This document shows, piece after piece, positions 10,257 to 19,444 of a stretch of 64,000 nt of DNA. The stretch is from Terriglobia bacterium (GTDB lineage Bacteria; Acidobacteriota; Terriglobia; 20CM-2-55-15). The position numbers and the translations under genes are program-made. The stretch covers positions 96,001 to 160,000 of the forward strand of contig CAXWPJ010000002.1 in the NCBI GenBank assembly GCA_963664115.2. Direction: 5' to 3'. A model generated the notes under the pieces. It did not search any database, was not told the origin of the DNA, and was given only the letters and a program-made list of their open reading frames with translations. Each line of letters opens with the position of its first letter. The stretch's first letter is position 1.

Positions 10257-10985
10257 ACGAACTACAGCTAGCCATCCACACCGTCAAGACATCCACGGTG
10301 GGGCCCACAGGACAGTATTATGACTTAAACCCAACTGAGGGATTTGAACAGGCCTTCATAGGACTGGATGATTTTGAAAATCCATCGGGTGTGTTCCCAG
10401 GCCGATGCACAGATTCGGACGGTCCCGGCCCTCTTCCCGGGATATGTTCTTTCAGCCTTTTGACTCCTGAGCCCGGACTCCTCCGCATCAGCGTCAGTGG
10501 CGCCACGACCAACGCCTGCAACATGTCGACCGACGCGACGATTGTGTCCACCATGGGAGACACTTTTTCTGCTGACCCACTGGATTATGGTACGGTTGCG
10601 GACGGTGGAACAGTAACTGTAGGGTCGATCGACGTACCGCAGGGAGCTCAAAAGATCGAGTTTGAGCTTTCCTGGATCAACGACTGGACACACTATAAGG
10701 GAAACGATCTGGAGCTTCAGGTGTTCCTACCCGGATTGAGTGTTCCATTGCCGTTCGGGCTCACTCTCGATGCTCCTGAAAGGTTTGAGGTGACTTCAGC
10801 GGCGTTGACTGCTCTGTTTGGGGGCCCCAAGACGGTACCCCTCGACGGAATATGGACCATAAAAGTTCAGGGGTTCGAGGTGAACGAGATGCCCGGAGAC
10901 TGGACACTTCGCGTGCTAGTCGACGGAGACGAGCCGGATTTGATTCCACCCACGCCTTAGCTGAAAAGGGCATTAAGTGTCTTAG

Positions 10986-11012
10986 AAAGGGCGGTCTTCG
11001 GACCGCCTTTTT
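10986..11012 (+). terminator. Rho-independent terminator
   Basis: GGCGGTC-TTCG-GACCGCC followed by TTTTT, downstream of the protease. Confidence 0.85.
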
Positions 11013-12117
11013 CGGTTTCCAGGACAGTTCTAAAGCACAATGGCAAACTGTAAGGCAATCTGCGGAGCGTCGAGATTGTCCTCGTGCTTGACAAACGTAT
11101 AGACATCGATGCCGTCCCCAACCCAAACCTTAATTCTTTCCTGCCAATCAATCGCGCCGTTATCAGTATAGCGGGATCCCCGCAGACGGATATACGTCTT
11201 GATTGATGTCAGACGAATCGGCGTCGTGTGGTCATCTTCATCGTGGACAGATAGGGCGACGGAGCATCGCCATAAGGTAATCCTGGGCTTCGGATGGGAC
11301 CCTCAGGCGTTCCCAATGGGTGATCATTCGCGAGAAGCCTTCAAGGCTATGCGGAAGTCTGGATCCGTTAAATGCTATCCACTTTTCCAGCCTCTTAGCC
11401 GTGAGGATCTGGAAAAAGGTGTGGTTTAGATCTCAACGGCCCGAAACCACGGAGAGTAATATTCGATGAACTTCGTCAGTAGCGCTTCTTTCGCCTAAAA
11501 ACACCGGCTTCGACTCAATATGAGCAAACCCCGCCGTATACTCATACAAACCTAAACAAAAAACACATCGATCAAGAGCATTATTGAATGTATTACAGTA
11601 TATACCGCCCATATCTATTTGTAGCACTGTCCTTTAGACACCTCCTATCGATTTGGCCCTGACAAACGCATCCTTGTGGTCGACAAGCAGGACAAAGTCC
11701 TAGGACCCTTTACCAACAGTCGTTTCGCAGGAAAAGATGCGTCTTGAGCCGGTATTCCAGACCTTCCGTCAAACGCCATACTGCTGACACCCCAGAAACG
11801 GGCCCTCCGCACACTCCGATCGCCGAAAACCCCATTTGAAGGCGTCAACGAAAGTGTTAGATGCCTCACAACCCGATGCCTATTGGTCCAAAATGAGTGC
11901 CGTTTTTCAACAAGAAGGAAAAGGCCCGGAATCGGTGCAAAAGGCTAGAGACAATCGCCTTAGAGGCTTGCAGAACGCGTTGCGGAGAGTTTTGCACAGG
12001 TTTGTCCACAGTCCCTGTGGAATCGGCAGATTTGCCGGATTTTGGCCGCCTGCAGAGGGGAGCGGGGGATCCGGCGATCCCGAGGGACGCGTGCATTATG
12101 GGCCCATCCCAGACGTG

Positions 12118-12145
12118 ACTTGACATAATACTCATTATGCGACGT
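12118..12145 (-). other. dif: dif site (XerCD recombination site); left boundary of integrated element
   Basis: Minus strand ACGTCGCATAA-TGAGTA-TTATGTCAAGT versus E. coli dif GGTGCGCATAA-TGTATA-TTATGTTAAAT; 11-6-11 layout. Confidence 0.88.
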
Positions 12146-12177
12146 AAACTAGCTCCTACGCGACCCCGAAAGCCCCA

Positions 12178-12366
12178 CTATCGAGCCTTCCCAACTACGA
12201 TGTCCCCAGGCTCCAATTCGACCGCGTGGATCCCCGTAACCAAGATCTGGACCTGATCCCCCGTGGCAAGTCCCACAATATTTCTAACCCACCGTGGGAT
12301 CAGTCGTTTACGGTTATCCACTGGAAACATCCATTTCTTATTTAGAATCGGGAGTCGGCCTTCCAT
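12178..12366 (-). CDS. Small AbrB/MazE-like DNA-binding protein (tentative)
   Basis: RLIPRWVRNIVGLATGDQVQI resembles the AbrB IP..vR..lgl..GD.v pattern; ATG overlaps the upstream stop (TGATG). Confidence 0.5.
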   Translation of the reverse strand: MEGRLPILNKKWMFPVDNRKRLIPRWVRNIVGLATGDQVQILVTGIHAVELEPGDIVVGKAR

Positions 12367-12608
12367 CACGCCTTCTTCTCGCCCAAGAACTTCACGACAT
12401 ACATATCTGTTTCCATGTCCGAGGCTGGAGCCCAAATCACACGGACAGAACTTTCCAAACAACCGACTCGCCGTCGCACTTCCACAGGGTACGTCCCCAA
12501 CCCGTTTTTGCCGCAGGTCGCAAGTTCGATGTCGGACAGAGTAAATCGTTCCTTAAGCTGTTCCATGAATTTGTCCCGAGCACTCGACCCCTTCGGGCCT
12601 TTCTTCAT
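12366..12608 (-). CDS. Hypothetical protein, 80 aa
   Basis: Start and stop both overlap neighbouring frames, suggesting translational coupling. Confidence 0.55.
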   Translation of the reverse strand: MKKGPKGSSARDKFMEQLKERFTLSDIELATCGKNGLGTYPVEVRRRVGCLESSVRVIWAPASDMETDMYVVKFLGEKKA

Positions 12609-13099
12609 CCTGAATAGAACTCTAGTGAAGATGCGCGCAGATATGCGTCCCGGCCCCGCGATCCCGTCAGTAGGTTCCGGCTGGGTTCTTGCCGGATCCC
12701 GATGCGTGAGCCCTGGACGGGTAGTAGTGCAGCTTGAACGGCCCTTCTAGCGGTAACTCCGGACTGAACCGCGCCGGCGCTTTGCTTCGCTCTTTCGTAA
12801 CCCTCATAACTTTCTTCATCGATTTCAATCCTCTTGTGCGGATCCGAGAGCCGGCGCTGGATGGCCGGCCAAATATCGGGTCGAAAGGCACCGGTGCTGT
12901 CGAGCTCGCACTGGAGCTCCTGAGCACGTTGCGCTTGCCGTGTGAAGTGGTTTGGAAAAGACTGCCGGAGCCAGTCCAGGTCTTTGAGCTCGCGCTCAAT
13001 TTCCCGTCTTCGCTCCGGCGAAATTAGAGAGATTGGAGGCTTTTTGGGTAGGGTTCTGGCCGGATGTGGTGGTGAATTCGGCTCATACGCGCTTTTTGG
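12605..13099 (-). pseudogene. Open frame of 164 codons without a canonical start
   Basis: Manual translation ..SPERRREIERELKDLDWLRQSF..EFYSG*; its TGA overlaps the ATG at 12608. Confidence 0.35.
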
Positions 13100-13204
13100 T
13101 CACTTGCTCAAAGTTCAAATTGCATGTTGTCTCGGGCCTCGAAGGGTGCAACTTCCGAGGCCCTCTCTACGTCAACCGGTTTAGGACCGGCCCACCTCTC
13201 CCGT

Positions 13205-14589
13205 GAGTTATTGTCAAAAGTGGTGTTTAGGAGATTGATTCAAGCGGCGGCCTGATCGACTTGTGTCGCTTCGACACCATCGTTGAATTTCACTCCGATG
13301 ATTACCTTGCTCAGATCATCGAATCCTCGTAATCGTCGCCAATTGTTCTCAGCGCACTGGCCCAGTTTGAACATCATGTGCAGCATGCCATCCCGTGTCA
13401 GGCAACCTCTGGATCGCTTCGTTCGGTGTCGAATGGTGGCAAAGGTCGACTCAATGGGATTCGTCGTTCTGATGCTCTGCCAGTGCTTGGCCGGAAAGTC
13501 GTAAAAGGCCAGCAGTTCCTCTCTGTCTTTCTGCAGGCAGAGTGTGGCTTTCGGATACTTCGGTTCATAGGTTTCAATGAACAAGTCGAATGCCTTCTCG
13601 GCGTCTGCCTTCGTCTCGGCCTGCCAGATCGAGTGCAGGGCCTGTTTCGCCTTCGCCTGGACCGACTTGGGCAGGCAGTTGAGGACGTTCATGACTTTGT
13701 GCATCCAGCAACGTTGTTGACGTGTCTCGGGATAGATTTCCTCCAGTGCGGCCCAGAACCCCATCGCACCGTCACCGATGGCCAACTTCGGAACATTCAT
13801 CCCACGGGACTTCAGCTTCAACAAGACCTCGCGCCAACTCTGTGTCGATTCCCGTACACCGTCTTCGATCGCCAGGAAACGCTTCTCTCCGCGTTCATTC
13901 ACGCCGATCACGACCAATGCACACAACTTGGTTTGTTCCGCCCGAAGTCCGCTGTAGATGCCGTCGGCCCAGACATAGACCCAGCGATCTGCATCCAAAC
14001 GCTCCTCGCATCCGAGGCGGTACTGTTCGCCCCAAACCTGTTTCAACCGCGATACCGTGCTCGCCGACAGACCCTGCGCCTGGGGACCGACAAGAACTTT
14101 TAGGGCCTCACCCATCTCGCCGCTGGAAACGCCTTTCAAATACAACCACGGCACCGCTGCTTCCAGCGACTTCGTCTTCCGAATGTACGGTGGTACCAGG
14201 GCCGATCGGAACGTCACAGCTTCGCCCGTCTTGGCACGGACCTTCGGGATTTGGACTGTTACCGGACCCAATCCCGTCTGCAGTTCGCGTTCCGGCAGAT
14301 AACCGTTGCGTACCACCCCGGCGTTTCCTGTCTCAGTTCGCCGGCCACCGTGCTGGGATAGCAGCTCTGCCAATTCGGCTTCCACTGCGCGTTGGATCAG
14401 TTGCTGTGCCCCAACTCGTAGTAGTTCTGTTACTGGATCCTCAATCGTTTCTCGACCTTCCGGTCCATTCACGTTACTCTTGCTCACAGTGGCGTATCTC
14501 CTATGGTTGCTTTGAAGTTTTGTCACAACAAATCAACCAGATACGCCGCTCTTATTCAATCCCTCAAACACCAGATTCGGTTATAACTC
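13205..14589 (-). mobile_element. IS256-family element, copy 3 (inside the dif element)
   Basis: 9-bp TSD CTCTCCCGT at 13196-13204 and 14590-14598. Confidence 0.95.
13240..14487 (-). CDS. IS256 transposase
   Basis: Protein identical to copy 1. Confidence 0.95.
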   Translation of the reverse strand: MSKSNVNGPEGRETIEDPVTELLRVGAQQLIQRAVEAELAELLSQHGGRRTETGNAGVVRNGYLPERELQTGLGPVTVQIPKVRAKTGEAVTFRSALVPPYIRKTKSLEAAVPWLYLKGVSSGEMGEALKVLVGPQAQGLSASTVSRLKQVWGEQYRLGCEERLDADRWVYVWADGIYSGLRAEQTKLCALVVIGVNERGEKRFLAIEDGVRESTQSWREVLLKLKSRGMNVPKLAIGDGAMGFWAALEEIYPETRQQRCWMHKVMNVLNCLPKSVQAKAKQALHSIWQAETKADAEKAFDLFIETYEPKYPKATLCLQKDREELLAFYDFPAKHWQSIRTTNPIESTFATIRHRTKRSRGCLTRDGMLHMMFKLGQCAENNWRRLRGFDDLSKVIIGVKFNDGVEATQVDQAAA

Positions 14590-14660
14590 CTCTCCCGTTG
14601 CTCGTCGGTTCAGAACCGCAGAGCGGGAAATCTTTAAACTTCATCTATGGAACACACAAA

Positions 14661-14900
14661 ATGACTAATCCTGACGTAAAAATCGTGAGTGAAGAAGTGC
14701 TGTTGCAGCGAGTTTGGAACAACAATGAAGCTACAGCCTCCCAAATGGAATTAGATGACCGTCGGACCGAGAAGCTGATCAAGTCAATAGAGAAACTGAA
14801 CAAAACTACAACGCGGTACTCTCGCATTTTGGCTCTGTTGACCTTAACTATCCTCATTCTGACCATCGTTCTTGTGTACGATCTCCCTACGATCACGTGA
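14661..14900 (+). CDS. Small coiled-coil protein with C-terminal TM helix
   Basis: MTNPDV..EKLIKSIEKLNKTTTRYSRILALLTLTILILTIVLVY; AT-rich. Confidence 0.65.
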   Translation: MTNPDVKIVSEEVLLQRVWNNNEATASQMELDDRRTEKLIKSIEKLNKTTTRYSRILALLTLTILILTIVLVYDLPTIT

Positions 14901-14908
14901 CCTTGAAT

Positions 14909-15109
14909 TCAAAACAATCTCCCCTGAAGCTTGCCGGCCTCATGCTCAGCCAGGAAGCAGCGCCAACACTGAAACATCTGGACTACCTTTCCCGGCCTGC
15001 CGTGGAACCGCTCACACTGAGGACACCAGAATTCGCACTCGACGGTGGACGGAGTTTTCAACCGCTGGGAACTGCCCTGTTCCTGTTTGAAGGTTTCCAT
15101 GCTCGACAT
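14909..15109 (-). CDS. Small zinc-ribbon protein
   Basis: CPQC...CWRC motif; G-rich RBS. Confidence 0.55.
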   Translation of the reverse strand: MSSMETFKQEQGSSQRLKTPSTVECEFWCPQCERFHGRPGKVVQMFQCWRCFLAEHEAGKLQGRLF

Positions 15110-15261
15110 GAACACCCCCGCCCGACCTACCTAAAATCTCGAATTGGATCACGCGGCCCGGTCGGGCGTTGCGTCCAAATGAGGAACAACACGCCGAACA
15201 AAATCACGGCATCCCGAAAAAGCTTCTTATCCATGCTCGACATGAACACCCCCGCCCGACC
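15096..15261. repeat. 32-bp exact direct repeat pair
   Basis: TCCATGCTCGACATGAACACCCCCGCCCGACC at 15096-15127 and 15230-15261. Confidence 0.9.
15127..15243 (-). CDS. 38-aa hydrophobic peptide
   Basis: MSSMDKKLFRDAVILFGVLFLIWTQRPTGPRDPIRDFR*; same initiation region as the zinc-ribbon ORF. Confidence 0.45.
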   Translation of the reverse strand: MSSMDKKLFRDAVILFGVLFLIWTQRPTGPRDPIRDFR

Positions 15262-15289
15262 GAATTTGGTCTGTTATAATTTCGGGGCG

Positions 15290-15489
15290 ATGGAGATTCG
15301 CAAGAACTGCTCGCACACCTCGAAGAACGCGCCACAGTCCATCTTGTCGGTCCGTTTCTCGCCGGCGGCCGCACGGCCGCTGATTGCCTCATAAAAAAGG
15401 CCTATAAGGACTCTGTTCTCGTTGCACTGACAGACGGGAAATTGGCTCAGTTTCCGTACTCCAGCATCGTCGCCATCGTGTATAGCTAA
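15290..15489 (+). pseudogene. Possible Sm/Hfq-like small protein with a 1-nt frameshift
   Basis: ELLAHLEERATVHLVG..CLIKKAYKDSVLVALTDGKLAQFPYSSIVAIVYS*; ATG 15290 is out of frame by one base; TATAAT at 15275-15280. Confidence 0.35.
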
Positions 15490-15513
15490 GCCCTAAGCTC
15501 CTGTGGATAAAAG

Positions 15514-15541
15514 ACTTCGCAAAATACTCATTATGCGACGC
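15514..15541 (-). other. Degenerate dif copy; right boundary of integrated element
   Basis: Minus strand GCGTCGCATAA-TGAGTA-TTTTGCGAAGT: XerC arm and spacer conserved, XerD arm degenerate. Confidence 0.8.
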
Positions 15542-15599
15542 TATAAATGGACCCCCTGGCCTCTTGAACCCGACCCACCCGCCAAGCCATAATCACCTG

Positions 15600-16610
15600 A
15601 TGCCTCTCACAGATACACTCCAGCGTCCCCTCCGGGACCTTCGGGTTTCCGTCACCGACCGCTGCAACTACCGTTGCAACTATTGCATGCCCCTGGACGA
15701 GTATGTCTGGACCGAAAAATCAGCCCTCTTATCGTTCGAAGAGATCACGCGACTCGCTTCAATTTTTGTTCGCCATGGCGTCGAACAGATTCGATTGACC
15801 GGTGGCGAGCCTCTGGTGCGCCAGAATCTTCCCGAACTGGTCGCTCGTCTGACAGAACTAGATGGATTGCGCGATCTGTCACTGACAACGAACGGGTCCC
15901 TCTTGACAGCGCGAGCCGCCGAACTTCGGCGTGCCGGCCTCAATCGGATCAACGTGAGCCTCGACACGCTGCGCGCAGATCGTTTTCTCAAGTTGACCAA
16001 ACGAGGCGATCTCGCTGAAGTGCTGACCGGAATTCAGACCGCCCGCGAGGTGGGCTTCAAGACGATCAAGATCAACGCCGTCGTGATCGAAGGCGTAAAC
16101 GAGGATGAAATTATTGATCTCGTCGATTATTCCAGAGCGGAAGGATTGGAAATTCGCTTTATAGAATTTATGGATGTCGGTAACGCGAACGACTGGAGCC
16201 TCAAGCGCACGGTGTCCAAGAAGAAAATTCTTCAGACGATTCAATCGCGGTACCCCTTGAAAGAAGTTGGCCACCGGAACGGCCGTGCGCCCGCCACGGA
16301 ATACGAGTTTCTGGACGGCATCGGATCGGTCGGCATTATTGGTTCAGTTACCGAACCGTTCTGCTCCAGTTGCACCCGGGGACGTCTGACTGCAGACGGC
16401 CGGCTTGTCACCTGCCTTTTCTCAGAAACAGGTTTCGATCTGAAATCATTGCTTCGTGGTGGAGAAAGCGACGAAGCGATCGCAAGCGCAATCAATTCGG
16501 CATGGAGTAAGCGCCAAGACCGATACTCCGACGAACGTTGGAAGGCGCTTCAGTCGGGCAACTACCTCGACAGTGGCAGGAAGATCGAGATGATCACACT
16601 CGGGGGTTGA
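15600..16610 (+). CDS. moaA: GTP 3',8-cyclase MoaA
   Basis: LRVSVTDRCNYRCNYCMP radical SAM motif, FCSSC cluster, C-terminal MITLGG. Confidence 0.95.
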   Translation: MPLTDTLQRPLRDLRVSVTDRCNYRCNYCMPLDEYVWTEKSALLSFEEITRLASIFVRHGVEQIRLTGGEPLVRQNLPELVARLTELDGLRDLSLTTNGSLLTARAAELRRAGLNRINVSLDTLRADRFLKLTKRGDLAEVLTGIQTAREVGFKTIKINAVVIEGVNEDEIIDLVDYSRAEGLEIRFIEFMDVGNANDWSLKRTVSKKKILQTIQSRYPLKEVGHRNGRAPATEYEFLDGIGSVGIIGSVTEPFCSSCTRGRLTADGRLVTCLFSETGFDLKSLLRGGESDEAIASAINSAWSKRQDRYSDERWKALQSGNYLDSGRKIEMITLGG

Positions 16611-16698
16611 TGGCCGACCCCGGGGCGCTACCCGGGGACTTCCCTGCCGCGTCTCTTCCCCGATTCGTCCATTTGCGATCAGTGATCCAGCGCGCAAT

Positions 16699-16735
16699 AA
16701 AAAGGGGGCTTGCGGCTTAGTGCCTGCAAGCCCCC
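16699..16735 (-). terminator. Rho-independent terminator
   Basis: GGGGGCTTGC..GCAAGCCCCC stem with a T-tract on the minus strand. Confidence 0.8.
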
Positions 16736-16994
16736 GTTGCTTTCGAATAAACCTCAAAGTGTGAGGCGTGGCGCTGGTAAAGGTGCTTTTCGTCGTCGTG
16801 TCACGAGGCGATTACCCAGCGCTGGAGTCAGGAAGTAAATCCTGAAGTAATCGCCGACTCCACAGTGAACACGAACTTGAACGAAGAGCGAACGCCAATC
16901 ACACCGCCGCAGGGCCCGATTGCGAAGGACGCTTTCAACTTATAATTGAACACGTCCCCAGGACCCGTCGAACTCGGTCAGTTCTGAAAAAACG

Positions 16995-17177
16995 TTACCG
17001 TTTCTTCTTGGCTTTCTTCTTCGCTACTTTCTTTTTGGCTTTTTTCTTAGTCGCCTTTTTCTTAGTAGCTTTCTTCGTGGTCGCCTTCTTCTTTGTAGCT
17101 TTCTTCTTGGCGGCCTTCTTCTTCACTACTTTCTTCTTGGCCGCCTTCTTTTTAGGCGCCTTCTTTTTTGTAGCCAT
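16995..17177 (-). CDS. Lysine-rich histone H1-like protein, 60 aa
   Basis: KKKAA/KKKAT repeats; GGAG RBS. Confidence 0.75.
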   Translation of the reverse strand: MATKKKAPKKKAAKKKVVKKKAAKKKATKKKATTKKATKKKATKKKAKKKVAKKKAKKKR

Positions 17178-17397
17178 ATTGAAGCTCTCCTTTTCTCTCT
17201 TTTGTTGTTTTTATTCTTTTTCGTACTCTATACGCCGCGATGTTGCTACGACGCACGATAGTACTTTCCTATAATCGCATCACGTTTTCCAGTTAAGAAT
17301 TCAAACTAAACCTGACGCGACAGCATATTGTTTTCTTAGGGATTCCCAGATCAGGTCCCGAATTTACCGAATGTTGCTTATGAAAATTCTGTAACGT

Positions 17398-17871
17398 ATG
17401 GTTCATTACGTGCGATTTCTCCTTTCAGTGATCACGCTCCTGTTCGTTTTGACCAGTTGTTCGCGACTCGAGGTACTGACCGACGAAGCGCTACGGGATG
17501 CCCAGGCCCGTTGGAACGCCAACGCTCCCGGCTTGTATCGTGTCGTTATTGAAATGACAGGCGGACGCGTCGAAGCCGGCGTCTTCGAAGCGCTGGTACG
17601 GGGAGAGCAAGTCGTGAGTCTGAAGAGAAACGGACAAGTCATCTTGCCGGACCGGGCCGAGGACTACTCAATCCGCGGCCTGTTCCGGATTCTTGAACAG
17701 GAACTGGCTCTAGCCCAACAACCTTCCCTGCTCGGAGCACCGCCGGGCTATGCGGCGCACTTGCTGGTCCGTTTTGATTCTGACAACGGTCGGCTGGAAC
17801 GCTACCGTCGTACTGTCACAGGAGTCGATAACAATATTGAAATCGCGATTCTGGTTTTTGAACCGCAGTGA
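17398..17871 (+). CDS. Lipoprotein (DUF6174-like)
   Basis: Lipobox LTSC; L..AQARW....Y motif. Confidence 0.65.
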   Translation: MVHYVRFLLSVITLLFVLTSCSRLEVLTDEALRDAQARWNANAPGLYRVVIEMTGGRVEAGVFEALVRGEQVVSLKRNGQVILPDRAEDYSIRGLFRILEQELALAQQPSLLGAPPGYAAHLLVRFDSDNGRLERYRRTVTGVDNNIEIAILVFEPQ

Positions 17872-17876
17872 AGAGT

Positions 17877-19425
17877 CTATTCGAGTCCGTAGCGCTTGAC
17901 CTTGTTGATCAAGCCCTGATGACTCAAGCCCAGTTGCTTGGCAGTCTTGCGCCGATCTCCCTGATTGTTGATCAATGCTTCCCGGATCATCTGGATCTCC
18001 AGGGCAGTCACACGATCTTTAAGGAATTTTTTGACTGCGCCAGTAACCGGAGAGTCTTCGGTGGGTTCTTCCACAGTATTCGATTCACGGATCGCTTCAG
18101 ACAGATCTTCGACTCCGACCAACTCGGTCGCGCAAAGTACCAGCGCCCGCTTGACTTCGTTTTCGAGTTGACGGACATTGCCGGGCCAACTGTAGGAAAT
18201 CAGGACTTTCATTGCCTCAGTCGAAAAACCGTCCGTTCGAGTGCCCAGTTCGGGTCCGTATTTTTGAAGAAAATGTGTGGCCAACAGCGCAATATCTCCA
18301 CGAATCTCACGCAGCGCGGCCATCTTCACGTGAACAATATTTAATCTGAAAAACAGATCCTGCCGAAATCGTCCGGATTCGATCTCGCCTGACAGATCCT
18401 TGTTGGTCGCGGCAACCAGTCGAATGTCGACGGGCACGGGTTTACGGCCGCCCACCCACTCCACTTCCCGTTCTTGAAGTACGCGCAGCAACTTTGCCTG
18501 GGCCGACATGCTGAGATCCCCGATCTCGTCTAGAAAGAGCGTCCCTCCCGAAGCGGATTCGATCCGCCCAACCCTGCGTTCGACACCAGTGGCAACACCC
18601 TTCTCGATGCCGAAGAGTTCGGCTTCAAGCAGTGACTCGGGCAAAGCCGCACAGTTGACAGCGACGAAAGGTTTGGCGTGTCGCGGCCCCCCATAGTGAA
18701 TGGCGCGCGCTGCCAGTTCCTTCCCCGTACCATTTTCACCGGTAATCAGAACAGAAATGCTCGTCGCCGACACCTTGTCAATCAGGCTTCGAATGGCGTC
18801 GACCTTCTTGGTTGTTCCAAGAATATTTCGAGACGAAAAGCGCTCCGCGACCGCATGCCTGAGAGTTTGATTCTCCTGAACCAGTTCCTTCTGCTTCGCT
18901 TCCAACTCCATCAGTTGACGCGCGTTGCCTAAAGCAACGGCGGCCTGGGAAGCCAAGGCCTCTACGAATTGATCATCTTCGTTACTGAAACGCCCATCGC
19001 GCTTGTTGAGGACCTGAAACACTCCGAAGACATCACCCTTGTAGTTACGAATCGGCACACACAGGATGTTTCGCGTTCTGAATCCGGTGAGGGAGTCTAT
19101 CTTTGGATAGAACAGTGGCGAATTGTACGCGTCTTCAACCATCATTGTCTTACCGGTCTTGATAACCGCACCCGCAATGCCCAGCCGCGCATCGAAACGA
19201 ATGACTTCTGATGTTCCCAAGGCAACCTTCGCCCAAATCTCACCCTTGTCGGCGTCAAGGTAGGAAGATCGTCGCGCGCTCGGCATCGACCAGTTTGGCG
19301 GCCTCGGTTGCGATAATATTCAGTAGCTCATCGAAGTTCTTTTCAGAGTTGATGCGCCGACAGACATCGAGCAAGGTAACAAAACGATCGATGACCAAAT
19401 GGGGGGCGTGAAAGTTGGCTTTCAT
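17877..19425 (-). pseudogene. GAF-AAA+-HTH sigma-54 activator, frameshifted near 19262
   Basis: GENGTGKE, ELFGIEKGVATGV, WPGNVRQL and Fis-type HTH; GAF N-terminus lies in another frame (..ATIF / YLDADKG). Confidence 0.85.
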
Positions 19426-19444
19426 GGTGTTGCCAAGGTAGACA

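Larger units (their letters stand above)
7097..10960 (+). pseudogene. S8 subtilisin-like protease split by IS256
   Basis: Signal peptide; VAVVDSG, DGHGTMVAG and GSSFAAP triad motifs; GNEL|QLAIHTVK rejoins in frame across the IS. Confidence 0.9.
12118..15541. mobile_element. Small element integrated at dif (IMEX-like); ~2.0 kb without the IS256
   Basis: 18-bp direct repeat AATACTCATTATGCGACG at 12127 and 15523; contains only small ORFs and no integrase. Confidence 0.8.

Noticed and set aside
11199-11627. Short ORFs of 76 and 64 aa left of dif
   Set aside because: No motif or clear RBS; cannot be supported as genes.
2245-14589. Composite transposon formed by IS256 copies 1-3
   Set aside because: Each copy has its own target duplication, so they are independent insertions.
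17008-17274. Phe-rich 88-aa membrane-like ORF
   Set aside because: Antisense of the lysine codons in the histone-like gene.
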